Program-made: the position numbers and the translations under genes
The notes under the pieces: generated by a model
Database searches by the model: none
What the model was told of the DNA's origin: nothing
The model's input: only the letters and a program-made list of their open reading frames with translations
NCBI GenBank assembly: GCA_963920595.1
Contig: OY986946.1
Coordinates: forward strand, 8,370,001-8,434,000
Direction: 5' to 3'
DNA length: 64,000 bases
Source: Eimeria praecox
Lineage: Eukaryota
In this document: positions 27,518 to 42,648 of the stretch, piece after piece
Numbering within the stretch: position 1 is the first letter of the stretch
Layout: every line of letters starts with the position of its first letter

Positions 27518-27617
27518 ATTCTTATATATATTGTTCAACACATCAGGAAAATATTACCCTTTGGGGCTTTCTTTGCATGCAAAGAAAGCCCCACACATTC
27601 TGCATGCATGCATGCAT

Positions 27618-27620
<3 letters not shown>
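26252..27620. promoter_or_regulatory. Cluster of TGCATGCA palindromic octamers (a known coccidian over-represented motif, ApiAP2-type site) downstream of the PP2C stop
   Basis: TGCATGCA or (TGCA)n at about 26253, 26392-26412, 26541, 26920, 27061, 27372, 27574 and 27601-27620; also at 13-23 and 78-85. Function at these positions is inferred. Confidence 0.5.
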
Positions 27621-27649
<29 letters not shown>

Positions 27650-27689
27650 TATTTTCTTTATTTTTTGGGGTGTATATACACCTCACCCT

Positions 27690-27771
27690 TTACAAGGTTA
27701 TGGGACTGTCTCCTGCTGCCTTCAGAGGACCTTTAAAGGCTTCTATGCTGCCTGTCTCTGTTTCTGCTGTA

Positions 27772-27806
<35 letters not shown>

Positions 27807-27876
27807 GTCTCCTGTCTCTCCTGTCTCTCCTGTCTCCCTCTCTGACACCACATGTCCTAAGAAAACAGACAAATAA

Positions 27877-27960
<84 letters not shown>

Positions 27961-28126
27961 ACAGCAGCAAAAACGACGACGACAGCAACAGCAGCAACAG
28001 CAGCAGCAGCAGCAACAAAACCAACAAGAGCAACAGCAACAGCAGCAGCAACAGCAACAAAACCAACAACGGCAACAGCAGCAACAAAACCAACAACAGC
28101 AACAGCAGCAACAAAACCAACAACAG

Positions 28127-28163
<37 letters not shown>

Positions 28164-28336
28164 AGCAGCAGGTTTTGTTGTGTACCTTCTGCTGTGACTT
28201 CAAATCGCCTAAACTTTCTTTCCTTATTCTCTCCCTTCTCAAACCTGAGCAAAAACCCTAAACCCTAAACCCTAAACCCTAAACCCTAAACCCTAAACCC
28301 TAGGAAGGAGACAGTAAAAGGAGACAGGGAGAACGA

Positions 28337-28373
<37 letters not shown>

Positions 28374-31300
28374 AACAAACAAAAGACAAAGAGATATAAA
28401 TAAGGAGACAGATAAATAAATAAAAATAAAAAATGAGGAGACAGACACAATATAGACAAAGAGAGACAGAGACAGAGGAGACAGAGACAGAGGAGACAGA
28501 GACAGAAGAGACAGAAGAGACAGAGACAGAGACAGAGGAGACAGACAGAGACAGAGGAGACAGACAGAGACAGAGGAGACAGACAGAGACAGAGGAGACA
28601 GAGGAGACAGAGGAGACAGAGACAAGGACAGAGGAGACAGAGACAGAGGAGACAGAGACAGAGGAGACAGAGACAAATAGATAAAGAGACAAAGACAAAT
28701 AGATAAACAGACAAATAGATAAATAAATAAATACAAAGAGAGACAAATAGATAAAGAGACAAATAATAAATAATAGATAAACAGACAAATAGATAAACAG
28801 ACAAATAGATAAACAGACAAATAATAAATAATAAAGAGACAAATAGATAAAGAGACAAATAATAAATAATAGATAAAGAGACAAACAGATAAAGAGACAA
28901 ATAATAAATAATAGATAAACAGACAAATAGATAAACAGACAAACAGATAAACAGACAAATAATAAATAATAAATAAAGAGACAAATAGTAAATAATAAAT
29001 AAAGAGACAAATAGATAAAGAGACAAATAATAAATAATAAATAAAGAGACAAATAATAAATAATAAATAAAGAGACAAATAGATAAACAGACAAATAATA
29101 AATAATAAATAAAGAGACAAATAAATAAAGAGACAAATAGATAAAGAGACAAATAGAGACAGAGACAAAGAGACAGAGAGACAAATAATAAATAATAGAT
29201 GAATAGACAAATAAATAAATAAATAAATACAAAGAGAGACAAATAAATAAACAAAGAGACAAATAAATAAAGACAAAGAGATAAACAAACAAAGACAAAG
29301 AGACATATAAATAAACACAAACACACAAAGAGACAGAGAGACAGAGAGACAGACAGACAGAGAGACAGAGAGACAGAGAGACAGAGAGACAGAGAGACAG
29401 AGAGAGACAAACAGATAAAGACAAAGACAAAGATAGATAAAGACAAAGAGACATAATAAATAAACACAAAGAGACAAAGAGACAGAGAGAGAAAGAGACA
29501 GAGAGACAGAGAGACAGAGAGAGAAAGAGACAGAGAGACAGAGAGACAAAGAGATAGAGAGACAAAGAGACAGAGACAAAGAGACAGACAGACAAAGACA
29601 AAGACACAGAGACAGAGAGACAGAGAGACAGAGAGAGAAGGAGACAGAGAGAGAAAGAGACAGAGAGACAAAGAGAGACAGAGACAAAGACAAAGAGACA
29701 GAGAGAGAAAGAGACAGAGACAAAGAGACAGACAGACAAAGACAAAGACACAGAGACAGAGAGACAGAGAGACAGAGAGAGAAGGAGACAGAGAGAGAAA
29801 GAGACAGAGAGACAAAGAGAGACAGAGACAAAGACAAAGAGACAGAGAGAGAAAGAGACAGAGACAAAGAGACAGACAGACAAAGACAAAGACACAGAGA
29901 CAGAGAGACAGAGAGACAGAGAGAGAAGGAGACAGAGAGAGAAAGAGACAGAGAGACAAAGAGAGACAGAGACAAAGACAAAGAGACAGAGAGAGAAAGA
30001 GACAGAGACAAAGAGACAGACAGACAAAGACAAAGACACAGAGACAGAGAGACAGAGAGACAGAGAGAGAAGGAGACAGAGAGAGAAAGAGACAGAGAGA
30101 CAAAGAGAGACAGAGACAAAGACAAAGAGACAGAGAGAGAAAGAGACAGAGACAAAGAGACAGACAGACAAAGACAAAGACACAGAGACAGAGAGACAGA
30201 GAGACAGAGAGAGAAGGAGACAGAGAGAGAAAGAGACAGAGAGACAAAGAGAGACAGAGACAAAGACAAAGAGACAGAGAGAGAAAGAGACAGAGACAAA
30301 GAGACAGACAGACAAAGACAAAGACACAGAGACAGAGAGACAGAGAGACAGAGAGAGAAGGAGACAGAGAGAGAAAGAGACAGAGAGACAAAGAGAGACA
30401 GAGACAAAGACAAAGAGACAGAGAGAGAAAGAGACAGAGACAAAGAGACAGACAGACAAAGACAAAGACACAGAGACAGAGAGACAGAGAGACAGAGAGA
30501 GAAGGAGACAGAGAGAGAAAGAGACAGAGAGACAAAGAGAGACAGAGACAAAGACAAAGAGACAGAGAGAGAAAGAGACAGAGACAAAGAGACAGACAGA
30601 CAAAGACAAAGACACAGAGACAGAGAGACAGAGAGACAGAGAGAGAAGGAGACAGAGAGAGAAAGAGACAGAGAGACAAAGAGAGACAGAGACAAAGACA
30701 AAGAGACAGAGAGAGAAAGAGACAGAGACAAAGAGACAGACAGACAAAGACAAAGACACAGAGACAGAGAGACAGAGAGACAGAGAGAGAAGGAGACAGA
30801 GAGAGAAAGAGACAGAGAGACAAAGAGAGACAGAGACAAAGACAAAGAGACAGAGAGAGAAAGAGACAGAGACAAAGAGACAGACAGACAAAGACAAAGA
30901 CACAGAGACAGAGAGACAGAGAGACAGAGAGAGAAGGAGACAGAGAGAGAAAGAGACAGAGAGACAAAGAGAGACAGAGACAAAGACAAAGAGACAGAGA
31001 GAGAAAGAGACAGAGACAAAGAGACAGACAGACAAAGACAAAGACACAGAGACAGAGAGACAGAGAGACAGAGAGAGAAGGAGACAGAGAGAGAAAGAGA
31101 CAGAGAGACAAAGAGAGACAGAGACAAAGACAAAGAGACAGAGAGAGAAAGAGACAGAGACAAAGAGACAGACAGACAAAGACAAAGACACAGAGACAGA
31201 GAGACAGAGAGACAGAGAGAGAAGGAGACAGAGAGAGAAAGAGACAGAGAGACAAAGAGAGACAGAGACAAAGACAAAGAGACAGAGAGAGAAAGAGACA

Positions 31301-34300
31301 GAGACAAAGAGACAGACAGACAAAGACAAAGACACAGAGACAGAGAGACAGAGAGACAGAGAGAGAAGGAGACAGAGAGAGAAAGAGACAGAGAGACAAA
31401 GAGAGACAGAGACAAAGACAAAGAGACAGAGAGAGAAAGAGACAGAGACAAAGAGACAGACAGACAAAGACAAAGACACAGAGACAGAGAGACAGAGAGA
31501 CAGAGAGAGAAGGAGACAGAGAGAGAAAGAGACAGAGAGACAAAGAGAGACAGAGACAAAGACAAAGAGACAGAGAGAGAAAGAGACAGAGACAAAGAGA
31601 CAGACAGACAAAGACAAAGACACAGAGACAGAGAGACAGAGAGACAGAGAGAGAAGGAGACAGAGAGAGAAAGAGACAGAGAGACAAAGAGAGACAGAGA
31701 CAAAGACAAAGAGACAGAGAGAGAAAGAGACAGAGACAAAGAGACAGACAGACAAAGACAAAGACACAGAGACAGAGAGACAGAGAGACAGAGAGAGAAG
31801 GAGACAGAGAGAGAAAGAGACAGAGAGACAAAGAGAGACAGAGACAAAGACAAAGAGACAGAGAGAGAAAGAGACAGAGACAAAGAGACAGACAGACAAA
31901 GACAAAGACACAGAGACAGAGAGACAGAGAGACAGAGAGAGAAGGAGACAGAGAGAGAAAGAGACAGAGAGACAAAGAGAGACAGAGACAAAGACAAAGA
32001 GACAGAGAGAGAAAGAGACAGAGACAAAGAGACAGACAGACAAAGACAAAGACACAGAGACAGAGAGACAGAGAGACAGAGAGAGAAGGAGACAGAGAGA
32101 GAAAGAGACAGAGAGACAAAGAGAGACAGAGACAAAGACAAAGAGACAGAGAGAGAAAGAGACAGAGACAAAGAGACAGACAGACAAAGACAAAGACACA
32201 GAGACAGAGAGACAGAGAGACAGAGAGAGAAGGAGACAGAGAGAGAAAGAGACAGAGAGACAAAGAGAGACAGAGACAAAGACAAAGAGACAGAGAGAGA
32301 AAGAGACAGAGACAAAGAGACAGACAGACAAAGACAAAGACACAGAGACAGAGAGACAGAGAGACAGAGAGAGAAGGAGACAGAGAGAGAAAGAGACAGA
32401 GAGACAAAGAGAGACAGAGACAAAGACAAAGAGACAGAGAGAGAAAGAGACAGAGACAAAGAGACAGACAGACAAAGACAAAGACACAGAGACAGAGAGA
32501 CAGAGAGACAGAGAGAGAAGGAGACAGAGAGAGAAAGAGACAGAGAGACAAAGAGAGACAGAGACAAAGACAAAGAGACAGAGAGAGAAAGAGACAGAGA
32601 CAAAGAGACAGACAGACAAAGACAAAGACACAGAGACAGAGAGACAGAGAGACAGAGAGAGAAGGAGACAGAGAGAGAAAGAGACAGAGAGACAAAGAGA
32701 GACAGAGACAAAGACAAAGAGACAGAGAGAGAAAGAGACAGAGACAAAGAGACAGACAGACAAAGACAAAGACACAGAGACAGAGAGACAGAGAGACAGA
32801 GAGAGAAGGAGACAGAGAGAGAAAGAGACAGAGAGACAAAGAGAGACAGAGACAAAGACAAAGAGACAGAGAGAGAAAGAGACAGAGACAAAGAGACAGA
32901 CAGACAAAGACAAAGACACAGAGACAGAGAGACAGAGAGACAGAGAGAGAAGGAGACAGAGAGAGAAAGAGACAGAGAGACAAAGAGAGACAGAGACAAA
33001 GACAAAGAGACAGAGAGAGAAAGAGACAGAGACAAAGAGACAGACAGACAAAGACAAAGACACAGAGACAGAGAGACAGAGAGACAGAGAGAGAAGGAGA
33101 CAGAGAGAGAAAGAGACAGAGAGACAAAGAGAGACAGAGACAAAGACAAAGAGACAGAGAGAGAAAGAGACAGAGACAAAGAGACAGACAGACAAAGACA
33201 AAGACACAGAGACAGAGAGACAGAGAGACAGAGAGAGAAGGAGACAGAGAGAGAAAGAGACAGAGAGACAAAGAGAGACAGAGACAAAGACAAAGAGACA
33301 GAGAGAGAAAGAGACAGAGACAAAGAGACAGACAGACAAAGACAAAGACACAGAGACAGAGAGACAGAGAGACAGAGAGAGAAGGAGACAGAGAGAGAAA
33401 GAGACAGAGAGACAAAGAGAGACAGAGACAAAGACAAAGAGACAGAGAGAGAAAGAGACAGAGACAAAGAGACAGACAGACAAAGACAAAGACACAGAGA
33501 CAGAGAGACAGAGAGACAGAGAGAGAAGGAGACAGAGAGAGAAAGAGACAGAGAGACAAAGAGAGACAGAGACAAAGACAAAGAGACAGAGAGAGAAAGA
33601 GACAGAGACAAAGAGACAGACAGACAAAGACAAAGACACAGAGACAGAGAGACAGAGAGACAGAGAGAGAAGGAGACAGAGAGAGAAAGAGACAGAGAGA
33701 CAAAGAGAGACAGAGACAAAGACAAAGAGACAGAGAGAGAAAGAGACAGAGACAAAGAGACAGACAGACAAAGACAAAGACACAGAGACAGAGAGACAGA
33801 GAGACAGAGAGAGAAGGAGACAGAGAGAGAAAGAGACAGAGAGACAAAGAGAGACAGAGACAAAGACAAAGAGACAGAGAGAGAAAGAGACAGAGACAAA
33901 GAGACAGACAGACAAAGACAAAGACACAGAGACAGAGAGACAGAGAGACAGAGAGAGAAGGAGACAGAGAGAGAAAGAGACAGAGAGACAAAGAGAGACA
34001 GAGACAAAGACAAAGAGACAGAGAGAGAAAGAGACAGAGACAAAGAGACAGACAGACAAAGACAAAGACACAGAGACAGAGAGACAGAGAGACAGAGAGA
34101 GAAGGAGACAGAGAGAGAAAGAGACAGAGAGACAAAGAGAGACAGAGACAAAGACAAAGAGACAGAGAGAGAAAGAGACAGAGACAAAGAGACAGACAGA
34201 CAAAGACAAAGACACAGAGACAGAGAGACAGAGAGACAGAGAGAGAAGGAGACAGAGAGAGAAAGAGACAGAGAGACAAAGAGAGACAGAGACAAAGACA

Positions 34301-37300
34301 AAGAGACAGAGAGAGAAAGAGACAGAGACAAAGAGACAGACAGACAAAGACAAAGACACAGAGACAGAGAGACAGAGAGACAGAGAGAGAAGGAGACAGA
34401 GAGAGAAAGAGACAGAGAGACAAAGAGAGACAGAGACAAAGACAAAGAGACAGAGAGAGAAAGAGACAGAGACAAAGAGACAGACAGACAAAGACAAAGA
34501 CACAGAGACAGAGAGACAGAGAGACAGAGAGAGAAGGAGACAGAGAGAGAAAGAGACAGAGAGACAAAGAGAGACAGAGACAAAGACAAAGAGACAGAGA
34601 GAGAAAGAGACAGAGACAAAGAGACAGACAGACAAAGACAAAGACACAGAGACAGAGAGACAGAGAGACAGAGAGAGAAGGAGACAGAGAGAGAAAGAGA
34701 CAGAGAGACAAAGAGAGACAGAGACAAAGACAAAGAGACAGAGAGAGAAAGAGACAGAGACAAAGAGACAGACAGACAAAGACAAAGACACAGAGACAGA
34801 GAGACAGAGAGACAGAGAGAGAAGGAGACAGAGAGAGAAAGAGACAGAGAGACAAAGAGAGACAGAGACAAAGACAAAGAGACAGAGAGAGAAAGAGACA
34901 GAGACAAAGAGACAGACAGACAAAGACAAAGACACAGAGACAGAGAGACAGAGAGACAGAGAGAGAAGGAGACAGAGAGAGAAAGAGACAGAGAGACAAA
35001 GAGAGACAGAGACAAAGACAAAGAGACAGAGAGAGAAAGAGACAGAGACAAAGAGACAGACAGACAAAGACAAAGACACAGAGACAGAGAGACAGAGAGA
35101 CAGAGAGAGAAGGAGACAGAGAGAGAAAGAGACAGAGAGACAAAGAGAGACAGAGACAAAGACAAAGAGACAGAGAGAGAAAGAGACAGAGACAAAGAGA
35201 CAGACAGACAAAGACAAAGACACAGAGACAGAGAGACAGAGAGACAGAGAGAGAAGGAGACAGAGAGAGAAAGAGACAGAGAGACAAAGAGAGACAGAGA
35301 CAAAGACAAAGAGACAGAGAGAGAAAGAGACAGAGACAAAGAGACAGACAGACAAAGACAAAGACACAGAGACAGAGAGACAGAGAGACAGAGAGAGAAG
35401 GAGACAGAGAGAGAAAGAGACAGAGAGACAAAGAGAGACAGAGACAAAGACAAAGAGACAGAGAGAGAAAGAGACAGAGACAAAGAGACAGACAGACAAA
35501 GACAAAGACACAGAGACAGAGAGACAGAGAGACAGAGAGAGAAGGAGACAGAGAGAGAAAGAGACAGAGAGACAAAGAGAGACAGAGACAAAGACAAAGA
35601 GACAGAGAGAGAAAGAGACAGAGACAAAGAGACAGACAGACAAAGACAAAGACACAGAGACAGAGAGACAGAGAGACAGAGAGAGAAGGAGACAGAGAGA
35701 GAAAGAGACAGAGAGACAAAGAGAGACAGAGACAAAGACAAAGAGACAGAGAGAGAAAGAGACAGAGACAAAGAGACAGACAGACAAAGACAAAGACACA
35801 GAGACAGAGAGACAGAGAGACAGAGAGAGAAGGAGACAGAGAGAGAAAGAGACAGAGAGACAAAGAGAGACAGAGACAAAGACAAAGAGACAGAGAGAGA
35901 AAGAGACAGAGACAAAGAGACAGACAGACAAAGACAAAGACACAGAGACAGAGAGACAGAGAGACAGAGAGAGAAGGAGACAGAGAGAGAAAGAGACAGA
36001 GAGACAAAGAGAGACAGAGACAAAGACAAAGAGACAGAGAGAGAAAGAGACAGAGACAAAGAGACAGACAGACAAAGACAAAGACACAGAGACAGAGAGA
36101 CAGAGAGACAGAGAGAGAAGGAGACAGAGAGAGAAAGAGACAGAGAGACAAAGAGAGACAGAGACAAAGACAAAGAGACAGAGAGAGAAAGAGACAGAGA
36201 CAAAGAGACAGACAGACAAAGACAAAGACACAGAGACAGAGAGACAGAGAGACAGAGAGAGAAGGAGACAGAGAGAGAAAGAGACAGAGAGACAAAGAGA
36301 GACAGAGACAAAGACAAAGAGACAGAGAGAGAAAGAGACAGAGACAAAGAGACAGACAGACAAAGACAAAGACACAGAGACAGAGAGACAGAGAGACAGA
36401 GAGAGAAGGAGACAGAGAGAGAAAGAGACAGAGAGACAAAGAGAGACAGAGACAAAGACAAAGAGACAGAGAGAGAAAGAGACAGAGACAAAGAGACAGA
36501 CAGACAAAGACAAAGACACAGAGACAGAGAGACAGAGAGACAGAGAGAGAAGGAGACAGAGAGAGAAAGAGACAGAGAGACAAAGAGAGACAGAGACAAA
36601 GACAAAGAGACAGAGAGAGAAAGAGACAGAGACAAAGAGACAGACAGACAAAGACAAAGACACAGAGACAGAGAGACAGAGAGACAGAGAGAGAAGGAGA
36701 CAGAGAGAGAAAGAGACAGAGAGACAAAGAGAGACAGAGACAAAGACAAAGAGACAGAGAGAGAAAGAGACAGAGACAAAGAGACAGACAGACAAAGACA
36801 AAGACACAGAGACAGAGAGACAGAGAGACAGAGAGAGAAGGAGACAGAGAGAGAAAGAGACAGAGAGACAAAGAGAGACAGAGACAAAGACAAAGAGACA
36901 GAGAGAGAAAGAGACAGAGACAAAGAGACAGACAGACAAAGACAAAGACACAGAGACAGAGAGACAGAGAGACAGAGAGAGAAGGAGACAGAGAGAGAAA
37001 GAGACAGAGAGACAAAGAGAGACAGAGACAAAGACAAAGAGACAGAGAGAGAAAGAGACAGAGACAAAGAGACAGACAGACAAAGACAAAGACACAGAGA
37101 CAGAGAGACAGAGAGACAGAGAGAGAAGGAGACAGAGAGAGAAAGAGACAGAGAGACAAAGAGAGACAGAGACAAAGACAAAGAGACAGAGAGAGAAAGA
37201 GACAGAGACAAAGAGACAGACAGACAAAGACAAAGACACAGAGACAGAGAGACAGAGAGACAGAGAGAGAAGGAGACAGAGAGAGAAAGAGACAGAGAGA

Positions 37301-40300
37301 CAAAGAGAGACAGAGACAAAGACAAAGAGACAGAGAGAGAAAGAGACAGAGACAAAGAGACAGACAGACAAAGACAAAGACACAGAGACAGAGAGACAGA
37401 GAGACAGAGAGAGAAGGAGACAGAGAGAGAAAGAGACAGAGAGACAAAGAGAGACAGAGACAAAGACAAAGAGACAGAGAGAGAAAGAGACAGAGACAAA
37501 GAGACAGACAGACAAAGACAAAGACACAGAGACAGAGAGACAGAGAGACAGAGAGAGAAGGAGACAGAGAGAGAAAGAGACAGAGAGACAAAGAGAGACA
37601 GAGACAAAGACAAAGAGACAGAGAGAGAAAGAGACAGAGACAAAGAGACAGACAGACAAAGACAAAGACACAGAGACAGAGAGACAGAGAGACAGAGAGA
37701 GAAGGAGACAGAGAGAGAAAGAGACAGAGAGACAAAGAGAGACAGAGACAAAGACAAAGAGACAGAGAGAGAAAGAGACAGAGACAAAGAGACAGACAGA
37801 CAAAGACAAAGACACAGAGACAGAGAGACAGAGAGACAGAGAGAGAAGGAGACAGAGAGAGAAAGAGACAGAGAGACAAAGAGAGACAGAGACAAAGACA
37901 AAGAGACAGAGAGAGAAAGAGACAGAGACAAAGAGACAGACAGACAAAGACAAAGACACAGAGACAGAGAGACAGAGAGACAGAGAGAGAAGGAGACAGA
38001 GAGAGAAAGAGACAGAGAGACAAAGAGAGACAGAGACAAAGACAAAGAGACAGAGAGAGAAAGAGACAGAGACAAAGAGACAGACAGACAAAGACAAAGA
38101 CACAGAGACAGAGAGACAGAGAGACAGAGAGAGAAGGAGACAGAGAGAGAAAGAGACAGAGAGACAAAGAGAGACAGAGACAAAGACAAAGAGACAGAGA
38201 GAGAAAGAGACAGAGACAAAGAGACAGACAGACAAAGACAAAGACACAGAGACAGAGAGACAGAGAGACAGAGAGAGAAGGAGACAGAGAGAGAAAGAGA
38301 CAGAGAGACAAAGAGAGACAGAGACAAAGACAAAGAGACAGAGAGAGAAAGAGACAGAGACAAAGAGACAGACAGACAAAGACAAAGACACAGAGACAGA
38401 GAGACAGAGAGACAGAGAGAGAAGGAGACAGAGAGAGAAAGAGACAGAGAGACAAAGAGAGACAGAGACAAAGACAAAGAGACAGAGAGAGAAAGAGACA
38501 GAGACAAAGAGACAGACAGACAAAGACAAAGACACAGAGACAGAGAGACAGAGAGACAGAGAGAGAAGGAGACAGAGAGAGAAAGAGACAGAGAGACAAA
38601 GAGAGACAGAGACAAAGACAAAGAGACAGAGAGAGAAAGAGACAGAGACAAAGAGACAGACAGACAAAGACAAAGACACAGAGACAGAGAGACAGAGAGA
38701 CAGAGAGAGAAGGAGACAGAGAGAGAAAGAGACAGAGAGACAAAGAGAGACAGAGACAAAGACAAAGAGACAGAGAGAGAAAGAGACAGAGACAAAGAGA
38801 CAGACAGACAAAGACAAAGACACAGAGACAGAGAGACAGAGAGACAGAGAGAGAAGGAGACAGAGAGAGAAAGAGACAGAGAGACAAAGAGAGACAGAGA
38901 CAAAGACAAAGAGACAGAGAGAGAAAGAGACAGAGACAAAGAGACAGACAGACAAAGACAAAGACACAGAGACAGAGAGACAGAGAGACAGAGAGAGAAG
39001 GAGACAGAGAGAGAAAGAGACAGAGAGACAAAGAGAGACAGAGACAAAGACAAAGAGACAGAGAGAGAAAGAGACAGAGACAAAGAGACAGACAGACAAA
39101 GACAAAGACACAGAGACAGAGAGACAGAGAGACAGAGAGAGAAGGAGACAGAGAGAGAAAGAGACAGAGAGACAAAGAGAGACAGAGACAAAGACAAAGA
39201 GACAGAGAGAGAAAGAGACAGAGACAAAGAGACAGACAGACAAAGACAAAGACACAGAGACAGAGAGACAGAGAGACAGAGAGAGAAGGAGACAGAGAGA
39301 GAAAGAGACAGAGAGACAAAGAGAGACAGAGACAAAGACAAAGAGACAGAGAGAGAAAGAGACAGAGACAAAGAGACAGACAGACAAAGACAAAGACACA
39401 GAGACAGAGAGACAGAGAGACAGAGAGAGAAGGAGACAGAGAGAGAAAGAGACAGAGAGACAAAGAGAGACAGAGACAAAGACAAAGAGACAGAGAGAGA
39501 AAGAGACAGAGACAAAGAGACAGACAGACAAAGACAAAGACACAGAGACAGAGAGACAGAGAGACAGAGAGAGAAGGAGACAGAGAGAGAAAGAGACAGA
39601 GAGACAAAGAGAGACAGAGACAAAGACAAAGAGACAGAGAGAGAAAGAGACAGAGACAAAGAGACAGACAGACAAAGACAAAGACACAGAGACAGAGAGA
39701 CAGAGAGACAGAGAGAGAAGGAGACAGAGAGAGAAAGAGACAGAGAGACAAAGAGAGACAGAGACAAAGACAAAGAGACAGAGAGAGAAAGAGACAGAGA
39801 CAAAGAGACAGACAGACAAAGACAAAGACACAGAGACAGAGAGACAGAGAGACAGAGAGAGAAGGAGACAGAGAGAGAAAGAGACAGAGAGACAAAGAGA
39901 GACAGAGACAAAGACAAAGAGACAGAGAGAGAAAGAGACAGAGACAAAGAGACAGACAGACAAAGACAAAGACACAGAGACAGAGAGACAGAGAGACAGA
40001 GAGAGAAGGAGACAGAGAGAGAAAGAGACAGAGAGACAAAGAGAGACAGAGACAAAGACAAAGAGACAGAGAGAGAAAGAGACAGAGACAAAGAGACAGA
40101 CAGACAAAGACAAAGACACAGAGACAGAGAGACAGAGAGACAGAGAGAGAAGGAGACAGAGAGAGAAAGAGACAGAGAGACAAAGAGAGACAGAGACAAA
40201 GACAAAGAGACAGAGAGAGAAAGAGACAGAGACAAAGAGACAGACAGACAAAGACAAAGACACAGAGACAGAGAGACAGAGAGACAGAGAGAGAAGGAGA

Positions 40301-41743
40301 CAGAGAGAGAAAGAGACAGAGAGACAAAGAGAGACAGAGACAAAGACAAAGAGACAGAGAGAGAAAGAGACAGAGACAAAGAGACAGACAGACAAAGACA
40401 AAGACACAGAGACAGAGAGACAGAGAGACAGAGAGAGAAGGAGACAGAGAGAGAAAGAGACAGAGAGACAAAGAGAGACAGAGACAAAGACAAAGAGACA
40501 GAGAGAGAAAGAGACAGAGACAAAGAGACAGACAGACAAAGACAAAGACACAGAGACAGAGAGACAGAGAGACAGAGAGAGAAGGAGACAGAGAGAGAAA
40601 GAGACAGAGAGACAAAGAGAGACAGAGACAAAGACAAAGAGACAGAGAGAGAAAGAGACAGAGACAAAGAGACAGACAGACAAAGACAAAGACACAGAGA
40701 CAGAGAGACAGAGAGACAGAGAGAGAAGGAGACAGAGAGAGAAAGAGACAGAGAGACAAAGAGAGACAGAGACAAAGACAAAGAGACAGAGAGAGAAAGA
40801 GACAGAGACAAAGAGACAGACAGACAAAGACAAAGACACAGAGACAGAGAGACAGAGAGACAGAGAGAGAAGGAGACAGAGAGAGAAAGAGACAGAGAGA
40901 CAAAGAGAGACAGAGACAAAGACAAAGAGACAGAGAGAGAAAGAGACAGAGACAAAGAGACAGACAGACAAAGACAAAGACACAGAGACAGAGAGACAGA
41001 GAGACAGAGAGAGAAGGAGACAGAGAGAGAAAGAGACAGAGAGACAAAGAGAGACAGAGACAAAGACAAAGAGACAGAGAGAGAAAGAGACAGAGACAAA
41101 GAGACAGACAGACAAAGACAAAGACACAGAGACAGAGAGACAGAGAGACAGAGAGAGAAGGAGACAGAGAGAGAAAGAGACAGAGAGACAAAGAGAGACA
41201 GAGACAAAGACAAAGAGACAGAGAGACAAAGACAAAGACAAAGAGACAGAGAGACAAAGACAAAGAGACAAAGTAATAAACACAAAGAGACAGAGAGAGA
41301 AAGAGACAGAGAAACAAAGAAATAGAGACAAAGACAAAGAGACAGAGACAGAGAGACAGACACAGAGACAGAGAGAGACAGAGGGACAGGGAGAGACAGA
41401 GAGAGACAGAGAGACAAAGAGACAAAGAGAGACAAAGACACAGAGACAGAGAGACAGGGAGACAAGGAGACAGAGAGACAAAGACAAAGATATAAAGACA
41501 AGGAGACAGAGAGACAAAGACAAGAAGAAAGACAAAGAGACAAAGACACAGAGACAGAGAGACAAAGAGACAGAGAGACAAAGAGACAGAGAGAGAGAGA
41601 GACAAAGACACAGAGAGAGAGAGACAGAGACAAAGAGACAAAGAGACACAGCCCTCTCCATCTCTCTCTCCTCTCTCTCTCCTCTCTCTTCTCTCTCTCT
41701 CTCTCTCTCCTCTCTCTCTGTCTCTCTTCTCTCTCTCTTCTCC

Positions 41744-41795
<52 letters not shown>

Positions 41796-41826
41796 CTCTC
41801 TCTCTGTCTCTCTTCTCTCTCTCTCT

Positions 41827-41884
<58 letters not shown>

Positions 41885-42311
41885 GTCTCTTCTGTCTCTG
41901 TCTGCTTACCTCGTGAGCAGCACAGATATATTGTCTCCCGAGAAGGACTGATACGCCTGTTCTAACAACTTAACTGCGGCCTCAGTCAAATCATTCTTCA
42001 ACTCGTATAACAACGTCATCATGAAGTGAGACACAAACACCCAGTTCATAGCTTCAGGCTCGTACACACCTAAACAAATAAATAAATATAAATAAATAAA
42101 TATATATATATATATATATATTATTGTTATTGTTATGGATATTGGTTTACATATATGTATATATATGTATATATATATATATATGTATATACATATATAT
42201 ATATTTATTATTATTATTGTTATTGTTATGGATGTTGGTTTTATAGTAGAGAGATTAATAACATATTCGGTGAGTTGTACTTATTTGTGTATTTGTGTAT
42301 TTATTCGAGTT

Positions 42312-42346
<35 letters not shown>

Positions 42347-42567
42347 GTTTTGTGTGTGTGTGTGTGTGTAGAGAAAGAGAGACAGAGAGACAGAGAGACA
42401 GAGAGAGAGAGAGACAGAGAGAGAGACAGAGGGAGAGAGGAAGATGAAGGAATGTACGCAGGAAGAGGAAAAGAGACAGAAGAAGAGGAGACAGCAGCAC
42501 CAAACCCAAACCCCCACTGGCAATACAAGAGACCAGCTAAACCCCAAACCCTAAACCCTAAACCCTA

Positions 42568-42648
<81 letters not shown>

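Noticed and set aside
28286..41661. Three ORFs of about 4450 aa on the minus strand
   Set aside because: The satellite has no A on the minus strand, so stops cannot occur there. The product is S/L/C/V/F only, and the region is intronic to PP2C.
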